Program-made: the position numbers and the translations under genes | NCBI GenBank assembly: GCA_964016885.1 | Contig: OZ024742.1 | Location: 744,001-808,000, forward strand | DNA from: Eledone cirrhosa | Lineage: Eukaryota | DNA: 64,000 bases | Direction: 5' to 3' | Notes under the pieces: generated by a model | The model's input: only the letters and a program-made list of their open reading frames with translations | What the model was told of the DNA's origin: nothing | The model's database searches: none | Part shown: positions 1 through 9,850 of the stretch, piece by piece | Layout of the letters: each line of letters begins with the position of its first letter | Position numbering within the stretch: position 1 is the stretch's first letter

Positions 1-85
1 TGTTCTGTGGAGTTGTGTGGTCTAGTGGTATAGGTGTTCTGTGGAGGTGTGTGGTCTAGTGGTATAGGTGTTCTGTGGAGGTGTG

Positions 86-96
86 TGGTCTAGTGG
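86..96 (+). promoter_or_regulatory. RNA polymerase III A-box-like motif TGGTCTAGTGG (example copy; present in nearly every monomer; no B-box partner)
   Basis: Matches the tRNA internal promoter A-box consensus TRGYNNARNGG. This is a motif match only, with no evidence of promoter activity. Confidence 0.4.
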
Positions 97-2189
97 TAAA
101 GGTGTTAGTGGAGGTGTGTGGTCTAGTGGTAAAGGTGTTCTGTAGAGGTGTGTGGTCTAGAGGTAAAGGTGTTAGTGGAGGTGTGTGGTCTAGTGGTAAA
201 GGTGTTAGTGGAGGTCTGTGGTCTAGTGGTAAAGGTGTTCTGTGTAGGTGTGTGGTCTAGTGGTAAAGGTGTTAGTGGATGTGTGTGGTCTAGTGGTAAA
301 GGTGTTCTGTGGAGGTGTGTGGTCTAGTGGTAAATGTGTTAGTGGAGGTGTGTGGTCTAGTGGTAAAGGTGTTCTGTGTAGGTGTGTGGTCTAGTGGTAA
401 AGGTGTTCGTGGAAGTGTGTGGTCTAGTGGTAAAGGTGTTCTGTGGAGGTGTGTGGTCTAGTGGTACAGGTGTTAGTGGAGGTGTGTGGTCTAGTGGTAA
501 AGGTGTTCTGTGTAGGTGTGTGGTCTAGTGGTAAAGGTGTTAGTGGAGGTGTGTGGTCTAGTGGTAAAGGTGTTCTTTGGAGGTGTGTGGTCTAGTGGTA
601 AAGGTGTTAGTGGAGGTATGTGGTCTAGTGGTAAAGGTGTTCTGTAGAGGTGTGTGGTCTAGTGGTAAAGGTGTTCTGTGGAGGTGTGTGGTCTAGTGGT
701 AAAGGTGTTAGTGTGTGGTCTAGTGGTAAAGGTGTTCTGTGGTCTAGTGGTAAAGGTGTTAGTGTAGGTGTGTGGTCTAGTGGTAAAGGTGTTCTGTAGA
801 GGTGTGTGGTCTAGTGGTAAAGGTGTGTGGTCTAGTGGTAAAGGTGTTAGTGGAGGTGTGTGGCCTAGTGGTAAAGGTGTTCTGTGGAGGTGTGTGGTCT
901 AGTGGTAAAGGTGTTCTGTGGAGGCGTGTGGTCTAGTGGTAAAGGTGTTCTGTAGAGGTGTGTGGTCTAGTGGTATAGGTGTTAGTGGAGGTGTGTGGTC
1001 TAGTGGTAAAGGTGTTCTGTAGAGGTGTGTGGTCTAGTGGTATAGGTGTTCTGTGGAGGTGTGTGGTCTAGTGGTATTGGTGTTCTGTGGAGGTGTGTGG
1101 TCTAGTGGTAAAGGTGTTCTGTAGAGGTTTGTGGTCTAGTGGTAAAGGTGTTAGTGGAGGTGTGTGGTCTAGTGGTAAAGGTGTTCTGTAGAGGTTTGTG
1201 GTTTAGTGGTAAAGGTGTTCTGTGGAGGTGTGTGGTCTAGTGGTAAAGGTGTTCTTTGGAGGTGTGTGGTCTAGTAGTAAAGGTGTTAGTGGAGGTGTGT
1301 GGTCTAGTGGTAAAGGTGTTAGTGGAGGTGTGTGGTCTAGTGGTATAGGTGTTCTGTGGAGGTGTGTGGTCTAGTGGTATAGGTGTTCTGTGGAGGTGTG
1401 TGGTCTAGTGGTAAAGGTGTTAGTGGAGGTGTGTGGTCTAGTGGTAAAGGTGTTCTGTAGAGGTGTGTGGTCTAGAGGTAAAGGTGTTAGTGGAGGTGTG
1501 TGGTCTAGTGGTAAAGGTGTTAGTGGAGGTCTGTGGTCTAGTGGTAAAGGTGTTCTGTGTAGGTGTGTGGTCTAGTGGTAAAGGTGTTAGTGGATGTGTG
1601 TGGTCTAGTGGTAAAGGTGTTCTGTGGAGGTGTGTGGTCTAGTGGTAAAGGTGTTAGTGGAGGTGTGTGGTCTAGTGGTAAAGGTGTTCTGTGTAGGTGT
1701 GTGGTCTAGTGGTAAAGGTGTTCTGTGTAGGTGTGTGGTTTAGTGGTAAAGGTGTTAGTGGAGGTGTGTGGTCTAGTGGTAAAGGTGTTCTGTGTAGGTG
1801 TGTGGTCTAGTGGTAAAGGTGTTCTGTGTAGGTGTGTGGTCTAGTGGTAAAGGTGTTAGTGGAGGTGTGTGGTCTAGTGGTAAAGGTGTTCTGTGTAGGT
1901 GTGTGGTCTAGTGGTAAAGGTGTTAGTGGAGGTGTGTGGTCTAGTGGTAAAGGTGTAAGTGGAGGTGTGTGGTCTAGTGGTAAAGGTGTTCTGTAGAGGT
2001 GTGTGGTCTAGTGGTAAATGTGTTCTGTGGAGGTGTGTGGTCTAGTGGTAAAGGTGTTCTTTGGAGGTGCGTGGTCTAGTGGTAAAGGTGTTAGTGGAGG
2101 TGTGTGGTCTAGTGGTAAAGGTGTTCTGTAGAGGTGTGTGGTATAGTGGTAAAGGTGTTCTGTGGAGGTGTGTGGTCTAGTGGTAAAGG

Positions 2190-2790
2190 TGTTCTTTGGA
2201 GGTGCGTGGTCTAGTGGTAAAGGTGTTCTTTGGAGGTGCGTGGTCTAGTGGTAAAGGTGTTCTGTGGAGGTGTGTGGTCTAGTGGTAAAGGTGTTCTGTA
2301 GAGGTGTGTGGTCTAGTGGTAAAGGTGTTCTTTGGAGGTGCGTGGTCTAGTGGTAAAGGTGTTCTGTAGAGGTGTGTGGTCTAGTGGTAAAGGTGTTCTG
2401 TAGAGGTGTGTGGTCTAGTGGTAAAGGTGTTCTTTGGAGGTGCGTGGTCTAGTGGTAAAGGTGTTCTTTGGAGGTGCGTGGTCTAGTGGTAAAGGTGTTC
2501 TGTGGAGGTGTGTGGTCTAGTGGTAAAGGTGTTCTGTAGAGGTGTGTGGTCTAGTGGTAAAGGTGTTCTTTGGAGGTGCGTGGTCTAGTGGTAAAGGTGT
2601 TCTGTAGAGGTGTGTGGTCTAGTGGTAAAGGTGTTCTGTAGAGGTGTGTGGTCTAGTGGTAAAGGTGTTCTTTGGAGGTGCGTGGTCTAGTGGTAAAGGT
2701 GTTCTTTGGAGGTGCGTGGTCTAGTGGTAAAGGTGTTCTGTGGAGGTGTGTGGTCTAGTGGTAAAGGTGTTCTGTAGAGGTGTGGGGTCT
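2190..2790. repeat. Local 7-monomer (238-bp) higher-order repeat marked by the TTCTTTGGAGGTGCG variant (also at ~15557..16157)
   Basis: The variant C falls at 2194/2432/2670, 2228/2466/2704 and 2330/2568, a spacing of 238 = 7 x 34. Confidence 0.85.
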
Positions 2791-3869
2791 AGTGGTAAAG
2801 GTGTTCTGTGGAGGTGTGTGGTCTAGTGGTAAAGGTGTTAGTGGAGGTGTGTGGTCTAGTGGTAAAGGTGTTCTGTAGAGGTGTGTGGTCTAGTGGTAAA
2901 GGTGTTCTGTGGAGGTGTGTGGTCTAGTGGTAAAGGTGTTAGTGGAGGTGTGTGGTCTAGTGGTAAAGGTGTTCTGTAGAGGTGTGTGGTCTAGTGGTAA
3001 AGGTGTTCTGTGGAGGTGTGTGATCTAGTGGTAAAGGTGTTCTGTGGAGGTGTGTGGTCTAGTGGTAAAGGTGTTCTGTAGAGGTGTGTGGTCTAGTGGT
3101 AAAGGTGTTCTGTGGAGGTGTGTGGTCTAGTGGTAAAGGTGTTAGTGGAGGTGTGTGGTCTAGTGGTAAAGGTGTTCTGTAGAGGTGTGTGGTCTAGTGG
3201 TAAAGGTGTTCTGTGGAGGTGTGTGGTCTAGTGGTAAAGGTGTTAGTGGAGGTGTGTGGTCTAGTGGTAAAGGTGTTCTGTAGAGGTGTGTGGTCTAGTG
3301 GTAAAGGTGTTCTGTGGAAGTGTGTGATCTAGTGGTAAAGGTGTTCTGTGGAGGTGTGTGGTCTAGTGGTAAAGGTGTTCTGTGGAGGTGTGTGGTCTAG
3401 TGGTAAATGTGTTAGTGGAGATGTGTTGTCTAGTGGTAAAGGTGTTAGTGGAGGTGTGTGGTCTAGTGGTAAAGGTGTTCTGTGGAGGTGTGTGGTCTAG
3501 TGGTAAAGGTGTTCTGTGGAGGTGTGTGGTCTAGTGGTAAAGGTGTTAGTGGAGGTATGTGGTCTAGTGGTAAAGGTGTTCTGTAGAGGTGTGTGGTCTA
3601 GTGGTAAAGGTGTTCTGTGGAGGTGTGTGGTCTAGTGGTAAAGGTGTTAGTGGAGGTGTGTGGTCTAGTGGTAAAGGTGTTCTGTAGAGGTGTGTGGTCT
3701 AGTGGTAAAGGTGTTCTGTGGAGGTGTGTGGTCTAGTGGTAAAGGTGTTAGTGGAGGTGTGTGGTCTAGTGGTAAAGGTGTTCTGTGGAGGTGTGTGGTC
3801 TAGTGGTAAAGGTGTTCTGTGGAGGTGTGTGATCTAGTGGTAAAGGTGTTCTGTGGAGGTGTGTGGTCT

Positions 3870-4850
3870 AGTGGTAAAGGTGTTAGTGGAGGTGTGTGGT
3901 CTAGTGGTAAAGGTGTTCTGTGTAGGTGTGTGGTCTAGTGGTAAAGGTGTTCTGTGGAGGTGTGTGGTCTAGTGGTAAAGGTGTTAGTGGAGGTGTGTGG
4001 TCTAGTGGTAAAGGTGTTAGTGGAGGTGTGTGGTCTAGTGGTAAAGGTGTTCTGTGGAGGTGTGTGGTCTAGTGGTAAAGGTGTTCTGTGGAGGTGTGTG
4101 GTCTAGTGGTAAAGGTGTTAGTGGAGGTGTGTGGTCTAGTGGTAAAGGTGTTAGTGGAGGTGTGTGGTCTAGTGGTAAAGGTGTTCTGTGGAGGTATGTG
4201 GTCTAGTGGTAAAGGTGTTAGTGGAGGTGTGTGGTCTAGTGGTAAAGGTGTTAGTGGAGGTGTGTGGTCTAGTGGTAAAGGTGTTAGTGGAGGTGTGTGG
4301 TCTAGTGGTAAAGGTGTTCTGTGGAGGTGTGTGGTCTAGTGGTAAAGGTGTTCTGTGGAGGTGTGTGGTCTAGTGGTAAAGGTGTTCTGTGGAGGTGTGT
4401 GGTCTAGTGGTAAAGGTGTTCTGTGTAGGTGTGTGGTCTAGTGGTAAAGGTGTTCTGTGGAGGTGTGTGGTCTAGTGGTAAAGGTGTTAGTGGAGGTGTG
4501 TGGTCTAGTGGTAAAGGTGTTAGTGGAGGTGTGTGGTCTAGTGGTAAAGGTGTTCTGTGGAGGTGTGTGGTCTAGTGGTAAAGGTGTTCTGTGGAGGTGT
4601 GTGGTCTAGTGGTAAAGGTGTTAGTGGAGGTGTGTGGTCTAGTGGTAAAGGTGTTAGTGGAGGTGTGTGGTCTAGTGGTAAAGGTGTTCTGTGGAGGTAT
4701 GTGGTCTAGTGGTAAAGGTGTTAGTGGAGGTGTGTGGTCTAGTGGTAAAGGTGTTAGTGGAGGTGTGTGGTCTAGTGGTAAAGGTGTTAGTGGAGGTGTG
4801 TGGTCTAGTGGTAAAGGTGTTCTGTGGAGGTGTGTGGTCTAGTGGTAAAG
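3870..4850. repeat. Local tandem duplication, 503-bp period (approximate ends)
   Basis: Identical ORF patterns at 4088/4591 and starts 4188/4691. The CTGTGTAGG and GGTATG markers repeat at the same offset. Confidence 0.75.
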
Positions 4851-5039
4851 GTGTTAGTGGAGGTGTGTGGTCTAGTGGTAAAGGTGTTAGTGGAGGTGTG
4901 TGGTCTAGTGGTAAAGGTGTTAGTGGAGGTGTGTGGTCTAGTGGTAAAGGTGTTCTGTGGAGGTGTGTGGTCTAGTGGTAAAGGTGTTCTGTGGAGGTGT
5001 GTGGTCTAGTGGTAAAGGTGTTAGTGGAGGTGTGTGGTC

Positions 5040-5900
5040 TAGTGGTAAAGGTGTTAGTGGAGGTATGTGGTCTAGTGGTAAAGGTGTTCTGTGGAGGTGT
5101 GTGGTCTAGTGGTAAAGGTGTTCTGTGGAGGTGTGTGGTCTAGTGGTAAAGGTGTTAGTGGAGGTATGTGGTCTAGTGGTAAAGGTGTTCTGTGGAGGTG
5201 TGTGGTCTAGTGGTAAAGGTGTTAGTGGAGGTATGTGGTCTAGTGGTAAAGGTGTTCTGTGGAGGTATGTGGTCTAGTGGTAAAGGTGTTCTGTGGAGGT
5301 ATGTGGTCTAGTGGTAAAGGTGTTCTGTGGAGGTATGTGGTCTAGTGGTAAAGGTGTTCTGTGGAGGTATGTGGTCTAGTGGTAAAGGTGTTCTGTGGAG
5401 GTGTGTGGTCTAGTGGTAAAGGTGTTCTGTGGAGGTGTGTGGTCTAGTGGTAAAGGTGTTAGTGGAGGTATGTGGTCTAGTGGTAAAGGTGTTCTGTGGA
5501 GGTATGTGGTCTAGTGGTAAAGGTGTTCTGTGGAGGTATGTGGTCTAGTGGTAAAGGTGTTCTGTGGAGGTATGTGGTCTAGTGGTAAAGGTGTTCTGTG
5601 GAGGTATGTGGTCTAGTGGTAAAGGTGTTCTGTGGAGGTGTGTGGTCTAGTGGTAAAGGTGTTCTGTGGAGGTATGTGGTCTAGTGGTAAAGGTGTTCTG
5701 TGGAGGTGTGTGGTCTAGTGATAAAGGTGTTCTGTGGAGGTATGTGGTCTAGTGGTAAAGGTGTTCTGTGGAGGTGTGTGGTCTAGTGTTAAAGGTGTTC
5801 TGTGGAGGTATGTGGTCTAGTGGTAAAGGTGTTCTGTGGAGGTATGTGGTCTAGTGGTAAAGGTGTTCTGTGGAGGTATGTGGTCTAGTGGTAAAGGTGT
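5040..5900. repeat. Sub-domain of mostly 34-mers enriched for the GGAGGTATGTGG variant (also at ~18410..19270)
   Basis: Runs of consecutive TTCTGTGGAGGTATGTGG monomers at about 5250-5390, 5490-5620 and 5800-5890. Confidence 0.8.
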
Positions 5901-7269
5901 TCTGTGGAGGTGTGTGGTCTAGTGGTAAAGGTGTTCTGTGGATGTGTGTGGTCTAGTGGTAAAGGTGTTAGTGGAGGTGTGTGGCCTAGTGGTAAAGGTG
6001 TTCTGTGGAGGTGTGTGGTCTAGTGGTAAAGGTGTTCTGTGGAGGTGTGTGGTCTAGTGGTAAAGGTGTTCTGTGGAGGTGTGTGGTCTAGTGGTAAAGG
6101 TGTTCTGTGGAGGTGTGTGGTCTAGTGGTAAAGGTGTTCTGTGGATGTGTGTGGTCTAGTGGTAAAGGTGTTCTGTGGAGGTGTGTGGTCTAGTGGTAAA
6201 GGTGTTCTGTGGAGGTGTGTGGTCTAGTGGTAAAGGTGTTCTGTGGATGTGTGTGGTCTAGTGGTAAAGGTGTTAGTGGAGGTATGTGGTCTAGTGGTAA
6301 AGGTGTTAGTGGAGGTATGTGGTCTAGTGGTAAAGGTGTTCTGTGGATGTGTGTGGTCTAGTGGTAAAGGTGTTCTGTGGAGGTGTGTGGTCTAGTGGTA
6401 AAGGTGTTCTGTGGAGGTGTGTGGTCTAGTGGTAAAGGTGTTAGTGGAGGTGTGTGGTCTAGTGGTAAAGGTGTTAGTGGAGGTATGTGGTCTAGTGGTA
6501 AAGGTGTTAGTGGAGGTGTGTGGTCTAGTGGTAAAGGTGTTAGTGGAGGTGTGTGGTCTAGTGGTAAAGGTGTTAGTGGAGGTATGTGGTCTAGTGGTAA
6601 AGGTGTTAGTGGAGGTATGTGGTCTAGTGGTAAAGGTGTTCTGTGGATGTGTGTGGTCTAGTGGTAAAGGTGTTAGTGGAGGTGTGTGGTCTAGTGGTAA
6701 AGGTGTTAGTGGAGGTGTGTGGTCTAGTGGTAAAGGTGTTAGTGGAGGTATGTGGTCTAGTGGTAAAGGTGTTCTGTGGAGGTGTGTGGTCTAGTGGTAA
6801 AGGTGTTCTGTGGAGGTGTGTGGTCTAGTGGTAAAGGTGTTAGTGGAGGTGTGTGGTCTAGTGGTAAAGGTGTTAGTGGAGGTATGTGGTCTAGTGGTAA
6901 AGGTGTTCTGTGGATGTGTGTGGTCTAGTGGTAAAGGTGTTAGTGGAGGTGTGTGGTCTAGTGGTAAAGGTGTTAGTGGAGGTGTGTGGTCTAGTGGTAA
7001 AGGTGTTAGTGGAGGTCTGTGGTCTAGTGGTAAAGGTGTTCTGTGGAGGTGTGTGGTCTAGTGGTAAAGGTGTTCTGTGGAGGTGTGTGGTCTAGTGGTA
7101 AAGGTGTTAGTGGAGGTGTGTGGTCTAGTGGTAAAGGTGTTCTGTGGAGGTGTGTGGTCTAGTGGTAAAGGTGTTAGTGGAGGTGTGTGGTCTAGTGGTA
7201 AAGGTGTTAGTGGAGGTGTGTGGTCTAGTGGTAAAGGTGTTAGTGGAGGTGTGTGGTCTAGTGGTAAAG

Positions 7270-7780
7270 GTGTTCTGTGGAGGTGTGTGGTCTAGTGGTA
7301 AAGGTGTTAGTGGAGGTGTGTGGTCTAGTGGTAAAGGTGTTCTGTGGAGGTGTGTGGTCTAGTGGTAAAGGTGTTAGTGGAGGTGTGTGGTCTAGTGGTA
7401 AAGGTGTTCTGTGGAGGTGTGTGGTCTAGTGGTAAAGGTGTTAGTGGAGGTGTGTGGTCTAGTGGTAAAGGTGTTCTGTGGAGGTGTGTGGTCTAGTGGT
7501 AAAGGTGTTAGTGGAGGTGTGTGGTCTAGTGGTAAAGGTGTTCTGTGGAGGTGTGTGGTCTAGTGGTAAAGGTGTTAGTGGAGGTGTGTGGTCTAGTGGT
7601 AAAGGTGTTCTGTGGAGGTGTGTGGTCTAGTGGTAAAGGTGTTAGTGGAGGTGTGTGGTCTAGTGGTAAAGGTGTTCTGTGGAGGTGTGTGGTCTAGTGG
7701 TAAAGGTGTTAGTGGAGGTGTGTGGTCTAGTGGTAAAGGTGTTCTGTGGAGGTGTGTGGTCTAGTGGTAAAGGTGTTAGT
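7270..7780. repeat. Strictly alternating 33/34 monomers (67-bp dimer; also at ~20640..21150)
   Basis: Junctions alternate TTCT, TTA, TTCT, TTA through the interval with no point variants seen. Confidence 0.8.
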
Positions 7781-8582
7781 GGAGGTGTGTGGTCTAGTGG
7801 TAAAGGTGTTAGTGGAGGTGTGTGGTCTAGTGGTAAAGGTGTTAGTGGAGGTGTGTGGTCTAGTGGTAAAGGTGTTCTGTGGAGGTGTGTGGTCTAGTGG
7901 TAAAGGTGTTAGTGGAGGTGTGTGGTCTAGTGGTAAAGGTGTTCTGTGGAGGTGTGTGGTCTAGTGGTAAAGGTGTTAGTGGAGGTGTGTGGTCTAGTGG
8001 TAAAGGTGTTCTGTGGAGGTGTGTGGTCTAGTGGTAAAGGTGTTCTGTGGAGGTGTGTGGTCTAGTGGTAAAGGTGTTAGTGGAGGTGTGTGGTCTAGTG
8101 GTAAAGGTGTTCTGTGGAGGTGTGTGGTCTAGTGGTAAAGGTGTTCTGTGGAGGTGTGTGGTCTAGTGGTAAAGGTGTTAGTGGAGGTGTGTGGTCTAGT
8201 GGTAAAGGTGTTCTGTGGAGGTGTGTGGTCTAGTGGTAAAGGTGTTAGTGGAGGTGTGTGGTCTAGTGGTAAAGGTGTTCTGTAGAGGTGTGTGGTCTAG
8301 AGGTAAAGGTGTTAGTGGAGGTGTGTGGTCTAGTGGTAAAGGTGTTAGTGGAGGTGTGTGGTCTAGTGGTAAAGGTGTTCTGTAGAGGTGTGTGGTCTAG
8401 AGGTAAAGGTGTTAGTGGAGGTGTGTGGTCTAGTGGTAAAGGTGTTAGTGGAGGTATGTGGTCTAGTGGTAAAGGTGTTCTGTGGAGGTGTGTGGTCTAG
8501 TGGTAAAGGTGTTCTGTGGAGGTGTGTGGTCTAGTGGTAAAGGTGTTAGTGGAGGTATGTGGTCTAGTGGTAAAGGTGTTCT

Positions 8583-9850
8583 GTGGAGGTGTGTGGTCTA
8601 GTGGTAAAGGTGTTAGTGGAGGTGTGTGGTCTAGTGGTAAAGGTGTTAGTGGAGGTGTGTGGTCTAGTGGTAAAGGTGTTAGTGGAGGTGTGTGGTCTAG
8701 TGGTAAAGGTGTTAGTGGAGGTGTGTGGTCTAGTGGTAAAGGTGTTAGTGGAGGTGTGTGGTCTAGTGGTAAAGGTGTTCTGTAGAGGTGTGTGGTCTAG
8801 TGGTAAAGGTGTTCTGTAGAGGTGTGTGGTCTAGTGGTAAAGGTGTTCTGTGGAGGTGTGTGGTCTAGTGGTAAAGGTGTTCTGTGGAGGTGTGTGGTCT
8901 AGTGGTAAAGGTGTTAGTGGAGGTGTGTGGTCTAGTGGTAAAGGTGTTAGTGGAGGTGTGTGGTCTAGTGGTAAAGGTGTTAGTGGAGGTGTGTGGTCTA
9001 GTGGTAAAGGTGTTAGTGGAGGTGTGTGGTCTAGTGGTAAAGGTGTTAGTGGAGGTGTGTGGTCTAGTGGTAAAGGTGTTAGTGGAGGTGTGTGGTCTAG
9101 TGGTAAAGGTGTTCTGTAGAGGTGTGTGGTCTAGTGGTAAAGGTGTTCTGTGGAGGTGTGTGGTCTAGTGGTAAAGGTGTTAGTGGAGGTGTGTGGTCTA
9201 GTGGTAAAGGTGTTAGTGGAGGTGTGTGGTCTAGTGGTAAAGGTGTTAGTGGAGGTGTGTGGTCTAGTGGTAAAGGTGTTAGTGGAGGTGTGTGGTCTAG
9301 TGGTAAAGGTGTTCTGTAGAGGTGTGTGGTCTAGTGGTAAAGGTGTTCTGTGGAGGTGTGTGGTCTAGTGGTAAAGGTGTTAGTGGAGGTGTGTGGTCTA
9401 GTGGTAAAGGTGTTAGTGGAGGTGTGTGGTCTAGTGGTAAAGGTGTTAGTGGAGGTGTGTGGTCTAGTGGTAAAGGTGTTAGTGGAGGTGTGTGGTCTAG
9501 TGGTAAAGGTGTTAGTGGAGGTGTGTGGTCTAGTGGTAAAGGTGTTAGTGGAGGTGTGTGGTCTAGTGGTAAAGGTGTTAGTGGAGGTGTGTGGTCTAGT
9601 GGTAAAGGTGTTAGTGGAGGTGTGTGGTCTAGTGGTAAAGGTGTTCTGTAGAGGTGTGTGGTCTAGTGGTAAAGGTGTTCTGTGGAGGTGTGTGGTCTAG
9701 TGGTAAAGGTGTTAGTGGAGGTGTGTGGTCTAGTGGTAAAGGTGTTAGTGGAGGTGTGTGGTCTAGTGGTAAAGGTGTTAGTGGAGGTGTGTGGTCTAGT
9801 GGTAAAGGTGTTAGTGGAGGTGTGTGGTCTAGTGGTAAAGGTGTTCTGTA
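8583..9850. repeat. Sub-domain of pure 33-mer runs (4-8 units) punctuated by CTGTAGA and CTGTGGA 34-mers
   Basis: The longest in-phase pseudo-ORFs lie here (e.g. 9350..9700). The punctuation recurs at about 9115, 9315, 9647 and 9847 (spacings 200, 332, 200). Confidence 0.82.

Noticed and set aside
77-83. GGAGGTG as a Shine-Dalgarno site, or as the start of the Jeffreys minisatellite core
   Set aside because: This is a 7-bp match in G/T-rich sequence. No credible CDS follows, and the rest of the core (GGCAGGARG) is absent.
79-160. Functional tRNA genes or intact SINEs
   Set aside because: Only a D-arm/A-box-like part is present. There is no anticodon stem-loop, T-arm/B-box, 3' acceptor strand or oligo-T terminator. 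GTTC in the 34-mer and the GTTCGTGG variant do not fit GTTCRANNC.
8583-9850. Minus-strand mucin-like or Pro-rich frames (NTFTTRPHTST, TPLPLDHTPPL)
   Set aside because: They stay open only through short 33-mer runs. Frequent 34-mers frameshift into a TAG/TAA frame, and there is no sign of frame-preserving selection.
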